From NCBI RefSeq assembly GCF_006345805.1, contig NC_042997.1:38006001-38070000 (forward strand): DNA of 64,000 nt. The letters run 5' to 3'. A program made the position numbers and the translations under genes. This DNA is from Octopus sinensis. Its lineage: Eukaryota. Within the stretch, counting starts at the first letter, position 1, and every line of letters starts with the position of its first letter. The notes beneath the pieces were generated by a model that worked only from the letters and a program-made list of their open reading frames with translations, searched no databases and was not told where the DNA came from. Shown here piece by piece: positions 1 through 12,456 of this stretch.

Positions 1-862
1 AGTAATTGACCAACCCGTGTCCCCACGGAATTCCAGGCCTTGTGCCTATAGTGGTAAGGATGGTTTAACGGGATAATAACAGCTCTAATCATAGTATAGA
101 TGAGGTTTCGGAAAGTAAGTTAGGAACCGCTATTTCCAAAATACCCACAGAACATACATGCGTGGGTTTGTATTCTAAATAATAAATATCGCAAAATTGT
201 TTCAAAAGTATAGTTTATATATTTTTATATTTTTTTATTTCCTAATTTACTATAAAATGCATATAAAATTTAATAGGTATTATAAATTCTAAAGTTAATC
301 TACGCCAAATCAATATTATCAATATTTGCAAAATGTTGCTATATTAAATGAAAGATATATGATGGCTGTTTTCCTTAAATGTTTGTACATAAGTTTTAAA
401 ATGCAGTTATATAGTTAGTGAAATCAGTATTTCGAAGTAAATTTAAAAAGCTATAATGATAATAGCATATACTAATGTTTTATATGCAAACTAATTACGT
501 CACACAAAATAGAAGGAATCAAATGCTACAAGGATAAAATAGAATTCAAAACAGAAAAAATTTGCAGATGTAAAACGAGTATATATTAAGTTTTGTAAAC
601 TGTTACAAGGTATAAATTACCATTAATATGGCAAGCTTAGAATTTAAAAAAAAAAAACACATAGAACATAATGGAATGCTTTGCTGAGAATAAAAAATAC
701 TTAAGAATTTGAAATTTATATAGGATTAATTTGATAGTGAGAGAAAATTCGTCTTTGAAATATTTTATTGGTCCAGTTGTGCAGCAACATATCAAGCGCA
801 ATAAAGAGTTTATTGAGTAAACATTTAACAAACTTAAATGAGTACTGATGTAATTTATATGC

Positions 863-889
<27 letters not shown>

Positions 890-894
<5 letters not shown>

Positions 895-1003
895 TTAGAG
901 ACAAAACCACTATTTTGTAAATCAAACAAGGAAAGACTTAATCAATACATAAAAAATTTTAATATAAAGTAAATAAATCGCCACTACAATTGTTTCCTGT
1001 CTT
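890..1003. mobile_element. Short (TA)n-embedded repeat fragment (attagagacaaaaccactatt...), possibly PLE terminal-repeat derived
   Basis: Same sequence recurs as an inverted pair at 47886-48050; flanked by TA tracts. PLE origin is inference. Confidence 0.5.
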
Positions 1004-1013
1004 ATATATATGT

Positions 1014-1305
1014 GGAGGCGCAATGGCCCAGTGGTTAGGGCAGCGGACTCGCGGTCGGAGGATCGCAGTTTCGATTCCCAGACCGGGCGTTGTGTGTGTT
1101 TATTGAGCGAAAACACCTAAAAGCTCCACGATGCTCCGGCAGGGGGTGGTGATCCCTGCTGTACTCTTTCACCACTCTTTCTCCCACTTTCTTCTGTTGG
1201 CCTGCTCGCTTAGCTAGCGGGGTGGCGTCGATCGAAGGCTAAAACAAAGCGAACGCATTGTGACCAGCGATGTGTAGCAACATCTGATGGTCTGGTCGGT
1301 CACGT
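1014..1305 (+). mobile_element. tRNA(Arg-like)-derived SINE, family B, alternative 3' tail
   Basis: Head GGAGGCGCAATGGCCCAGTGG (A box) ...GTTTCGATTCC (B box). First ~175 nt match the copies at 49848 and 60380; the tail differs. Confidence 0.9.
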
Positions 1306-1346
<41 letters not shown>

Positions 1347-2445
1347 AGAGGTGCGTGTGTGTATGCGTGTATATGTAGACGGATGTGTATATGTATGTAT
1401 AGACCCATATGTATATATTCATTTTTATATATCTATATATAAATAGTTACATGTATACTCATACCTATATACACATACTCACACACAAAAACATATGCAA
1501 ATCATATATATATATATGAACATTTATATTATTATTAATGGATCTACTAAAGAATTTAGAGCATTTCCATTAACCATAACTGAAGTGTTAGCATATTGAA
1601 TTCTCATAGGAAAAGTAGTTATTACTTCGCTTGAAGATTTTAATGGATAAGATATTGGTTGTGTATAGAAAGATGATTTGGGCGAAATAGAATTGAAAAA
1701 CAAGTGTTTTGCAAATTATTATTTTTTTTGAAAACCTTTTTTTTTCTGCAGTATTTGTTACTACCCAGTCATGTAAAAATCTACCTTCTGTTGGACTAAC
1801 CGTTACCACACTATAATTTTTTCTTGCATTCTCCTTGTTTATTATTATCTCTAGGCTACGAAACTGTCACATGCAAAGAAGTGTAAGATATATTTTTTTT
1901 AATACACAGGAATATTGGTTGTAAGAGTAAGAATTCTCTACACAAATGACTGCACAACAATGTTTATCAATATTCGCTTATGTGTAACCTACTTTGAATG
2001 CGTTGCTTAGTGTGAGCTGCACACCACCACCCAACGTGAGGGAAGTTATTTACTAGAATAGAGGTTTTATTGCATTGCTTTAAAGCAATCTTTTGCTGAA
2101 ATAACCAACATAAATATAATCATTATAATTAAGTGTAGCTATTTAGAGTTTTGGGTATTATTTCTTTAACATTTCGGTAAGTGGACATCAGAATTAAGGT
2201 TTAATCAGGCTTAGGATATTAGTAGAAACTGATCACTTATTTCTGGATATGCACAATGCTCCATTCTATATTTTCATCGCAAGACATTACGTGATGAGAG
2301 ACTGGCGAACTGCTATGATTTTTGTGTAAACGAAGTACAGCCATTGAAGCATTTGAATTCTCACTATTCAAATTCAAATATGTATTTTCGTTTCACACTT
2401 TTGGTTATATCACCGATTTATGGTGGAGTACGAAAGAATTATATA

Positions 2446-2446
2446 A

Positions 2447-2490
<44 letters not shown>
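2446..2490. repeat. (AGT)n microsatellite (paralogue at 5111-5145)
   Basis: Direct reading; same position in both duplication units. Confidence 0.95.
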
Positions 2491-2491
<1 letters not shown>

Positions 2492-3589
2492 TAATGCGAT
2501 GAAGACGAGGAGTCACGGTATCAGTACCTATGAACGATTTTATTTGACTTAATACGGACCCTCATAACCGTAAACCTGCGAGTGAAAGCATTTCAAATAT
2601 CTTATTTTACCAATCCTTTCATACCTAATGTATATAAAACTATATTAACCAACATATCCTTCCAATTTTAAGACAATGTAATGATATTTCGCGCATATTC
2701 CTAGCAGATTGAGGGACATGTCTTTTATAAAATATTTCAGAAACTTTTTTTTTTTTTGCAAATTTTCAATTTATGTTAGCAAATATAGCGGCATTAGCTT
2801 CTAAACGAAGCTGCACTTTTAGCACATTAAAACCTAAAACCAGCTTCTATTTTTGGATGTTCATATTTCAATTGAATTATTCAAATATAATGAAAAATAT
2901 TTTTATTTAATTGAATGATTCAAAATAAATGTAAAGATTATTTTAATTGTTGTCTTCTTCATACTTAAATATACTTTACGATTACTGTAAATGTAATATA
3001 ATATAAAATTTTATTCGTTATGAGTCGATAATTATTTTATAACAATATGGCAAGTATAAGTGATAATTAACAATTATTTTCCCCCATATCGTAATTACAC
3101 TGATTAAAAAAACACCAAAAATAGCTCCTATTATGAATTTTAGTTGATTTGTCTCTGTCTGTTATTATATAAACCTTATTTTCATTGATGTCGAGATGAT
3201 TTGATTAATTATATGCCAAGTAGCAATGAAACTTTAATTTACTTGAAATAAGAACACACGTTAATCTCCCTATCCAATTCGACTTATAAGACAGATAATT
3301 ATGCTTCTTTCGGGATGTCGATATTTTTCTTGTTACAATGTTGGTATTTTTCATAATTCATTTTATTTAATTTCTATATATTATAACAGAGCAGTAGAAA
3401 TTCTATAAAATCGTTTATCTTTATGCTAATGCCTAATTGCAACTATTTTTGGTTTGAAAATAAAAATTTTCTTTTTACATGTAAAATAATTACATTTAGA
3501 TATGAACAACATTTCTTGAACTCTTTCTCACATTATATGAAACAGAACCGAAGAACTAAAATTTATATAATCTAAAGCACTTAAGCCAG

Positions 3590-3932
3590 TAAAAGCGGAA
3601 ATAGGTATTTCGCCCGTCGCTACGTTCTGAGCTCAAATTCCGCAGAGGTCGAGTTTCCCTTCAAATTACTGCCCTAGAGGCAAAATTTGAAACAATTATT
3701 ATTATTAATATTAAAAACACGGCGAACCTTCAGATTCGTTAGCACGCTGGACGAGATGCTTAATGATATTTCACCCGTCGCTGGTTTCTGATATCACATA
3801 CTTATATTAGAAAGTATTATTGTTACAATCAAGAGGCCGGGCAGCTGGCAGAATCGTTCGCACGCTGGGTAAAATGCTTATCGGCATTTAGTCCGGCATT
3901 ATGTTCTAATTTCAAATTCCGCCGCAGTCGAT
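3590..3932 (+). mobile_element. Three degenerate 5' fragments of SINE family C
   Basis: Repeated variants of ggcg(a)gctggcagaa.cgttagcacgc..g.aatgctta..ggtatttc and ..tcaaattccgcc, as in the complete copy at 34350-34586. Confidence 0.7.
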
Positions 3933-3934
3933 AT

Positions 3935-5109
3935 ATGATTAATTTGATAGTTGTGCAGAATTATATATAGCGTAATAGAGAGAGTTTATTGAGTAAGTCT
4001 AACAGTCTTAAATGAATACTGATGCAATTTATATGCATGCATATATATATATAGGAATATTTGGGCGTGCATATATATATATATTCGTTTTTATTTGATT
4101 AAATATAAACATTTGTATGTATACTCATAATTGAATACAAATACTTACACCCGAACATTTGTATATCATATATATAGGCATTTATATTTTTATAAATTGA
4201 TCTACTAAAGAATTTAAAGCATTTCCATTAACCAAAACTGAAGTGTTAGCATATTGAATTCTCATAGGAAAAGTAGTTATTACTTCGTTTGAAGATTTTT
4301 AATGGATAAGATATTGGTCGTGTATAGAAAGATGATTTGGGCGAAATAGAATTGAAAAACAAGTGTTTTGCAAACCTCTTTTCTTTTTGAAAACCTTTTT
4401 TTTCTGCAGTATTTGTTACTAACCAGTCATGTAAGAATCTACCTTCTGTTGGACTAACCGTTACCACACAATAAATTTCTCTTTTATTCTCCTTGTGGTA
4501 ACATATTTATTATTATCTCTAGGCTGCGAAACTGTCACATGCAAAGAAGTGTAAGATATATTTTTTAATAGATCCACAGGAATATTGGTTGTAAGAGTAA
4601 GAATTCTCTGCACAACAATGTTTATCAATAGTCGCTTATGTGTAACCTACTTTGAATGTGTTGCTTAGTGTGAGCTGCACACCACCACCCAAAGTGAGGG
4701 TAGTTATTTACTAGAATAGATGCTTTATTGCATTACTTTAAAGCAATTTTTTGCTGAAATAACCAACATAAATATAATCATTATAATTACGTGCAACTAT
4801 TTAGAGTCTTGGGCTTTATTTCTTTAACATTTCGGTAAGTGGTTATCAGAATTAAGATTTACTCAGGCTTACGATATTAGTAGCAACTGACCTCTTATTC
4901 CTGGATACGCACAATGCTCCATTCTATGTTTTCATCGCAAGACATTACGTGATGAGAGACTGGCGAACTGCTATAATTTTTGTGTAAACGAAGTCTGCCA
5001 TTGAAACACTTGAATTCTCGTTAATCACATTCAACTATGCATTTTTGTTTCACATTTGTGGCTATATCACCGATTTATGGTGGAGTAAGAAAGAAACTTT
5101 TATTATATC

Positions 5110-5145
<36 letters not shown>

Positions 5146-6068
5146 AATGGGATGAAGACGAGGAGTCTCAACACCAGTATATGTGGACTATTTTGCTTAG
5201 TTTAATACGGGGCCTCATAACTCTTATCCTGCGAGAAAAAATATCTTATTTTACCAATCATTTCATACCTAACGTATCTAAAACTACATTAACTAACTTA
5301 TCCTTCCACTTTTAAGACAATGTAATGATATTTAGCGCATATTTGTTGCAGATTGAGCGGAATGCCTCTTAGAAAATAATGCAGAATATTTTTTTGTATT
5401 CTTTTTGTAAATTTTCAATTTAAGTTAGCTAGTATTACGGCATTTACTTCTTTACGAAGCTGCACTTTTATCGCATTATAACCTAAAATGAATTTCTATG
5501 TTGGATGTCCATTTTTCATTTGAATTATCCAACTACAATGCAAGATATTTTTTTAATTAAATGGTTCAAAAATAAATGTAAAGACTATTTTAAGTTTTTT
5601 CTCCTGCATATTTGAATATGCTTTAAGATTACTTTCAATGCCATAAAATAAAACTTTATTCGCTACATGAGTTGATAAATATTTTATAACAATATGGCAA
5701 GTATAACGGAAAATTAACAATTTTCCCCTCGTTCTAATTATTCTGGTTAAAAAACACCGAAAATATTATTTGATTTGTCTGTCTGATATTATATAAACCT
5801 TATTTTCATTGATGTCTAGATGCTTTGATTAATTATATGCCAAATAGCATTAAAACTTTCATTTACTTGAAATAAGAACACACGATATTTTGTCTATATT
5901 TTTCTTGTTATAATTTTGTTATTTTTCATAATTTAGTTTATTTAATTTCTATATATTATATCAGAGCAGTAGAAATTCTATGAAATCGTTTCTTATCTTT
6001 AGATTAACACCTAATTGCAACCATTTTTGGTTTGAAAGTAAAACTTTTCTTTTTACTTCTAAAATAAC
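3935..6068. repeat. Unit 2 of the local tandem segmental duplication
   Basis: Colinear with 724-3490 but lacks the 890-1305 insertion. Confidence 0.93.
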
Positions 6069-6438
6069 AGCACCTGTAGGAAGACACACAAACACATTAT
6101 TATCAAAAGACACCCATCCCGAACATCGTGCAAGTAAGGTACGTTAACAAAAAAAGAAAAACTGGCACACAGATAGCTGCTTCAATCCAATACTGCTTCT
6201 AATCTATGTAATGTATTTTGCTACAGCCAAGTGGGGAAGCACAACACCACGATATTTTAGCCACTGTTCTTCTACATTAGTCAGCAGTGAGTACACCCAA
6301 CAGAAAAAGCCCAAGAAAGCAAACATACACATCTAGCATACTCATCGCCGTTAATCATCTTCTACTGGTGACGTATATTTGATTTTAAAGACAGTTTTAA
6401 TGTAGGAGATTATATATTGAGAAGAATGTCGTAGCTAA

Positions 6439-6820
6439 CTCCACCCAAAACGTGACACAGACAGACTGTATGTACTAAGAAAATGAGGGGGAAGAGGACT
6501 TATTGCATGCAAACAAAACATTAGAGCAGAGGAAAACAACATAGCATGGCATGTAAAGAAAATGCCACAGAACCGCTAATATTAGAAGTAGGAATGTCAG
6601 GCTTGTGTAGCATGAAAGATTGTACTATGAAAGATAAATCACTAAACAAGGAACTGAAAATTAGATGAAACTGAAAATAGGTGGGTAACGAAAAGAAGGC
6701 ATGGTCAATTTCATAGAGACGTTAAAGATAGGACATTTAAAAAGATGGCTGCAGGCAACAAGCTGGCTGCATATGCAAGACTCCGGGAGTTCCACCAAAA
6801 ACCTGAAAAAAAATAATAAC
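6439..6820 (+). mobile_element. R4/Dong-clade LINE relic (thumb to C-terminal region, internally deleted)
   Basis: Manual translation LHPKRDTDRLYVLRK*GGRGLIAC matches the R4/Dong motif LHPKSDVDRLYLPRKEGGRGL; then WVTKRRHGQFHRD (W..K..HGQF motif). Confidence 0.8.
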
Positions 6821-6827
6821 AATATTT

Positions 6828-6848
6828 CTACTATTATTATTATTATTA

Positions 6849-6915
<67 letters not shown>

Positions 6916-6968
6916 CATCATCATCATCATCATCATCATCATTATTATTATTATTATTATTATTACTA
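6828..6968. repeat. (ATT)n/(ATC)n microsatellite
   Basis: Direct reading. Confidence 0.97.
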
Positions 6969-7715
6969 TTTGCGGATTAAAGGGATATAAAAATGAACGT
7001 TTAATTAATTTAAATTATATAGTGTGTATATTAAACGATATTTTTCTCTCAGCGGATGGAGTACTTGTTTTGTTAATCTTAATTACATTTAACAGTATAC
7101 TATATACCTCCAAGACGTGGTTTTCTACTGCAAATTTATAATCTTCATGATTAACGTGATAGTTGATTAAGCTGATTAACTAAAGATTAACTAAATTAAG
7201 CTGATTGACTAAAGATTTTAGCAATTTACACACTATTATGAATTTTATATATACATATATATGTATATATATATATATACATATATAAACATATATATAA
7301 ATATTAAGTATATGATTTAAGTTATTAAACTCAGTTCAAAACATTCATTCATATTTATGAAAATTGAAGTGATTAGATGTTAAAATGTCTAATAGTTTCT
7401 GTTACTCATGCTGCTACAGAATTTGTTTCGTAGAGAAAGGCAGAGATATTAGAAAATCAGAGTTATCAGAAAGTACTCGTCAGTAGCTAAGATAGAAACT
7501 AAAGAGACGTTGGAATTAAATTGGTATGGTGCTAATTTTCTAGTTTTCATTTTATCTGGGAAAACTATTCTAGACTTAAAATTCCTTCATTTGTAATTTC
7601 GTATAAATTCCCTTCAGTATTGTTTATTTTTATCATGGAGCAAATCCTCCTTCCATCTCATCTTCTTGTTAATTCATGGAGTATATATATATATATATAT
7701 ATATATGAACGCATG

Positions 7716-7746
<31 letters not shown>

Positions 7747-8865
7747 ACACACACACACACGCACACACGCACACACGCGCACACACATACATGTACACCT
7801 CTGAATACCCACTCCTTTTCATAACTCTTTGGAGCTGCGTGACACCTTACTCTACGTGCAAAAAATGTTGAGTCACATGTGCATATACTTACATATTCAC
7901 ACCATTTTAAACGTATACAGTAGGCCGAATGGAAGGAGATAAAGTGATGCAGTGCCACAGATCTTCAAGGCAATATAGTTCCATCCTAAAACACTACAGC
8001 AACATGACGCCAAGATGTCCTTTCAGAGAGACATTGAAACACCAACGATAATAGCAGTGGTAGGAAGGCAGCTATGGCACCAGTATAAATCTGCATCAGA
8101 GGCGTTGTTTATGGTATCAGTTATAAACGCTTTGCTGTCTGGTCGACAGAGAACGTTGATACACATTTTGTAGTCATCTGATCCCTCAGTCCTATCATTT
8201 ACACGCATTAACCCCAGTATAAATTCTCAAACTTTTAAAGGCATACAACTTAAATTTTCCTTATGCTTGGTTCAGTCATTAGAGTTCAGCATGCAGAGGT
8301 ACCACACATACTCGACGCATGATTCATGTGCACTTACAAAAATAAGAGCTACTGATAATTTCTTGCCATTGAAACACGGTTAGACAAAATTCTATAACGT
8401 ACCGTGTATATCCAAGCAATGTTCAAGTTCTCAGCACGTGGTTTGTTCTGCTTGAAAATAAGGACACAGATACATGAGAAATCACAAAGAAATTATAAGG
8501 CTAATGCTAAAATAGGATGAGAAGACAAAGGGGGAATTAAAACAGAAGATAGCAAAAAATGGAAGCAATTCAGATGTATCTAGCCTTTGAGAGTCTTCCT
8601 TTCTTTTTCCGTATATATTCACCCCTTCTCTTCCCATCCCCTTTTAGCTTCAATTACCTGTCGTTTTTTTCTCCGTGGGTTCTCATCTATCATGTACCCA
8701 TATCCTGAGGAATGGCACTTTATAAGAATCTACTTAACCACGTTTCTCAATAGCAAGAAACTATGAGTAAAATTCATTCAGTGTATATTAAGTTATATTT
8801 ACTTTTCATTCAGTGGAGTATTTATATTTTGTTGCTAACCTCACCTTAACGAAACAGTAAAATAA

Positions 8866-8883
8866 TATATATGTATGTAATTC

Positions 8884-8915
<32 letters not shown>

Positions 8916-9092
8916 TGTATATATGTATGTACGTATTTCTATATGTATATATGTATGTATGTATGTATTTCTATATGTATGTATGTATTATGTATTTATG
9001 TATGTATGTATGTGTGTGTATGTATGTATGTATGTATTATGTATTTATGTGTGTGCGTATGTATGTGTGTATGTGTGTATGTATGTATATTT
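8866..9092. repeat. (TATG)n/(TG)n compound microsatellite
   Basis: Direct reading; source of ORFs 8871, 8887 and 8891. Confidence 0.95.
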
Positions 9093-9534
9093 ATATAATT
9101 GGAACTCACCAGAAAAGAACATTATTCGAAAACGACATGATTTAACAAATAGCAAAGCATCATTCTGTTTCTATATTTTCAATTCAAAAACCATCTCACT
9201 GAAAACGTATGTTTTTATTGCATGTAACATTACTATATATTTACTATACATAATATATACATATTCCTTCTTAAATTCGAACTTTTATATCATAAGATTC
9301 TGAAAATATTAATGTGCTATTTTTTATTACACAAATTTTATTAGATATTCGTATAATAAAATATTTTATCGTTACCATTTTTCATACGTTTTCATATTTT
9401 ATGTGAAATTAAATAAGCAGGCAATGCGATGATAATTGTACGTGTATTATTTTATATCGTCTTAACAATATATAATTAAAATGATTTTCCCTAATATTAG
9501 TATGATTCAAATGTAGACAGTGAAAAGTGGGAAT

Positions 9535-9584
9535 ATATATGTATATGTTTATATATATATATATTATATATATATTATATATAC

Positions 9585-9629
<45 letters not shown>

Positions 9630-9675
9630 ATGTATATATATATATATACATGTTTATATATATTCTTAATTTTCT

Positions 9676-9741
<66 letters not shown>

Positions 9742-9764
9742 AGTATTTGTGTGTGTGTCTGTAT

Positions 9765-9800
<36 letters not shown>

Positions 9801-9845
9801 ACTATATGATAATATATCAATGATGATATATATATATATATAATC
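9535..9845. repeat. Interrupted (TA)n microsatellite
   Basis: Direct reading. Confidence 0.95.
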
Positions 9846-10021
9846 CTGTCGAAAGCAACATTTATATATAAACAATTCACAGAAAAATGATGAGTTAACT
9901 CAGCAAGGAGTGGTGTAAACGTTGACTTGTGGGCTCGACTCTGGTCTGGGTTAGCTTATCCATTTCCAGACAATTGCTTATATATATATATATTATATAT
10001 ATATATGTCGCTTTAAATTGG

Positions 10022-10065
<44 letters not shown>

Positions 10066-10069
<4 letters not shown>

Positions 10070-10376
10070 ACTTGTTTCAGTCATTTTGACTGCGGCCATG
10101 CTGGAGCACCGCCTTTAATCGAGCAACTCGACCCCGGGACGTATTCTTTTGTAAGCCCAGTACTTATTCTATCGGACCCTTTTGCCGAACCGCTAGGTAA
10201 CGGGGACATAAACACACAACCAGCATCGGCTGTCAAGCAATGCTAGGGGGACAAACACAGACACACAAACACACACACGCATATATATATACATATATAC
10301 AACGGGCTTCTTTCAGTTTCCGTCTACCAAATCCACTCACAAGGCTTTGGTCAGTCCGAGGCTATAGTAGAAGACA
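10066..10376 (-). mobile_element. SINE family A, lacking tRNA head
   Basis: Matches the 3' three-quarters of the full copies (tttacttgtttcagtcatt..gactgcggccatgctggagc...gctatagtagaagaca). Confidence 0.92.
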
Positions 10377-10426
10377 GTCGCTCTATCTCTATACTTTACA
10401 AAGTATTCTGGCTTGTTTACAAATAT

Positions 10427-10467
<41 letters not shown>

Positions 10468-10544
10468 ATACACGCACGCGCACTTTCTTTTCATTTTGGG
10501 ATCACCACCACTTTGTTATCTCTCCTCCTCCCTAGCTCTCCTGT

Positions 10545-10756
10545 GTGACCAATGTGTCCGGCCTTCGCCATGATAGATCGCTAGCCACAACATATTTTTT
10601 ATTCTCTCTCCTTGTTTCTTTCTGTGTTCATTTCTGTGGAAGAGCGTAGGCTCGAAACGTTAAAGACTTTTTCACTTCCCGAGCGTTATATTAATACATC
10701 TGTTTGTTGTTTACACCACCTGTATTCGTCTTTTGTTTTATTTTCGTGTGAATTCT

Positions 10757-10760
<4 letters not shown>
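10545..10760 (+). mobile_element. Hammerhead-bearing short repeat (PLE terminal-repeat-like), diverged copy
   Basis: Homologous to 36821-36998 (ctctccttgtttct...gaagagcgtaggctcgaaacgt.aaagact...ccacctg..ttcgtcttttgtt); ends in (TA)n. Confidence 0.75.
10629..10666 (+). ncRNA. Minimal type I hammerhead-ribozyme-like motif (variant core CUGUGGA)
   Basis: UUU-CUGUGGA-A-GAGC(GUAG)GCUC-GAAAC-GUU-AAAGA; stem I only 3 bp. Activity unknown. Confidence 0.5.
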
Positions 10761-10799
<39 letters not shown>

Positions 10800-11519
10800 C
10801 TTTCAACTTTCACGGTCTATATAGTACCAATCGAAAAGTGTGCCCCATGTAATCGCCTCTCCCCCTTCCCTGAAATTGCTGTTCTCCTAGCAAAATTTGA
10901 AATCCGTTATTTTTATCAAGTTAGTATATTATGAAGAGGTTTGGTGATAACAGGTTATCTAAAATCATAACAACCTTTCTTATGATTCTTGCATGATATA
11001 GGATTGTGATTTTCTGCGGGTCGACAATGTGTGTCCGAACCCCAATAACTTTCGGTGTTTTACTTACATTTTTGTTAATGTGCAAATTGCAGCAATTAGC
11101 ACAGGATTAATTGATGTTTTAGTCTTCCCAATCTCCCCAGCTATCTTCTGAAATCCTACAAAAGTTTCCAGTTTCTTTGCTATAGAGTCTGTTATTGTTA
11201 ATTTTGTTGGCAGTGGGCTTACAGAAGTATTACTGCGTCGGACAAAAAATAATTAGCATCATTTATTCCAACTCTTCACGTTCTTTGTTAAAATTCCGTC
11301 GAGATCAACTTTGCTTTCATCCCATTTTGGGGTTAATAAAACAAGTATCAATGTACACGGTAGCTTCCTCCCCTAAAATTTCAGACATTTTACCGTAGTA
11401 AAAAGGATTATTATTATTCCAAGTTTTTCCACAGACATCATGTAGCAGGAAGTTGGATATTTAAATGTGGGTGGAAATTCATAACTAACAATAATGTATT
11501 TGCAGAGACCAAAAAATGA

Positions 11520-12400
11520 AAATTACGATTTTCTTAAAGGCTTGGTGATTTTGAACGGCCTTAAATGCTCAGATACTCTCGGTTGACAGTGTTTTCCTCT
11601 ATATGTGGACAGTGTCCTCTATTGTAATTCTGACACTTTTAGGTTTCCTGGTATATTGCCAAAATGTTTAAGATTGTTATCTACTATTATCCCCAAAGCT
11701 CTGAAATCACAGCTATAACTGTCGTTCATTGATGACACCACTTTTTAGGTAAATATTTCTAGCTACAGGTATTTAATTACTCTTTCAAACATTAACACAG
11801 AAGTGTTGCAGTCTGCTGGCATAGACACATCTATGAGAAAACACGTTTTGTCAACGTGAATAGTTTGAATTCTAAAGAATCATAGAACGTTGATGTCTTT
11901 TGTTTCAGTAACATGGGCTTTTCTAAAAGAGTATCTTTGATATAGGAGCCCAAATGGATGGCATATCATCCAGTACAAACACTGACAGAGTCTATCATAG
12001 CGTTTAGTATATTCAGTTAAAACTAGCATGGAGCAAGCAGAGACAATGTAGTCAATTATTTCTCTGGTTTTACCACCAGAGCCGTAAGCATCTCTTTTTG
12101 AGAATCTTGGTTTGGTAAATATTCTAGCTAGCAGACACTTATCCTTAGTTGCAATAATGAAGCTTTGTGTTTCTGATTACAGTCCCATCGGAGTCAGCCA
12201 CTGATGAGTCATATTTGTATAAACATTAGCATTGCTGACGGCTTGTAGAGTATTTACCATGTAATGCCTTATGTTTCAATCTATTAGCCAGCTCTGAGAT
12301 TTGGTTTATGCGTTTATTTGTTTTGCCTTCACAGTGGGTTTTTCTGTTTCACCTCCTTGGCGATCTTTAATTCGTTAACATATTTCCTTCTCTCTTCTGA
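11520..12400 (-). mobile_element. R4/Dong-clade LINE 3' relic (zinc knuckle + REL endonuclease region), decayed
   Basis: Manual translation of the minus strand gives KHKALHGKY, THQWLTPMGL*SETQSFIIATKD, EIIDYIVSACSML..EYTKRYDRLCQCLYWMIC, CFLIDVSMP, ALGII and IPGNLKVSELQ, colinear with Dong/R4 ORF motifs. Confidence 0.85.
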
Positions 12401-12456
12401 TATTGACTATAGTTACTTGGTAGTTACAAACTTTCAGAGTGATGCATTGTGAGAAT

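Larger units (their letters stand above)
724..3490. repeat. Unit 1 of a local tandem segmental duplication
   Basis: Colinear with 3935-6068. The ORF-track pair 1588-1809/4246-4467 is near-identical at offset 2658. Shared start (gattaatttgatagt), shared (AGT)n tract and shared end (tttctttttac..taaaata). Confidence 0.93.

Noticed and set aside
1014-1090. tRNA genes at the SINE heads (also 25946, 34586, 49848, 60380 etc.)
   Set aside because: A/B boxes are present but the cloverleaf is degenerate and each continues into a SINE body, several with TSDs.
8023-8208. Minus-strand ORF with Ig-like DADLYWC
   Set aside because: The motif is too short, there is an in-frame stop just upstream, and no usable acceptor or donor was found.
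9110-9165. Possible minus-strand exon ending at a CTG/GTGAGT donor (9110/9109)
   Set aside because: Isolated donor with a weak acceptor and no recognisable peptide or partner exon.
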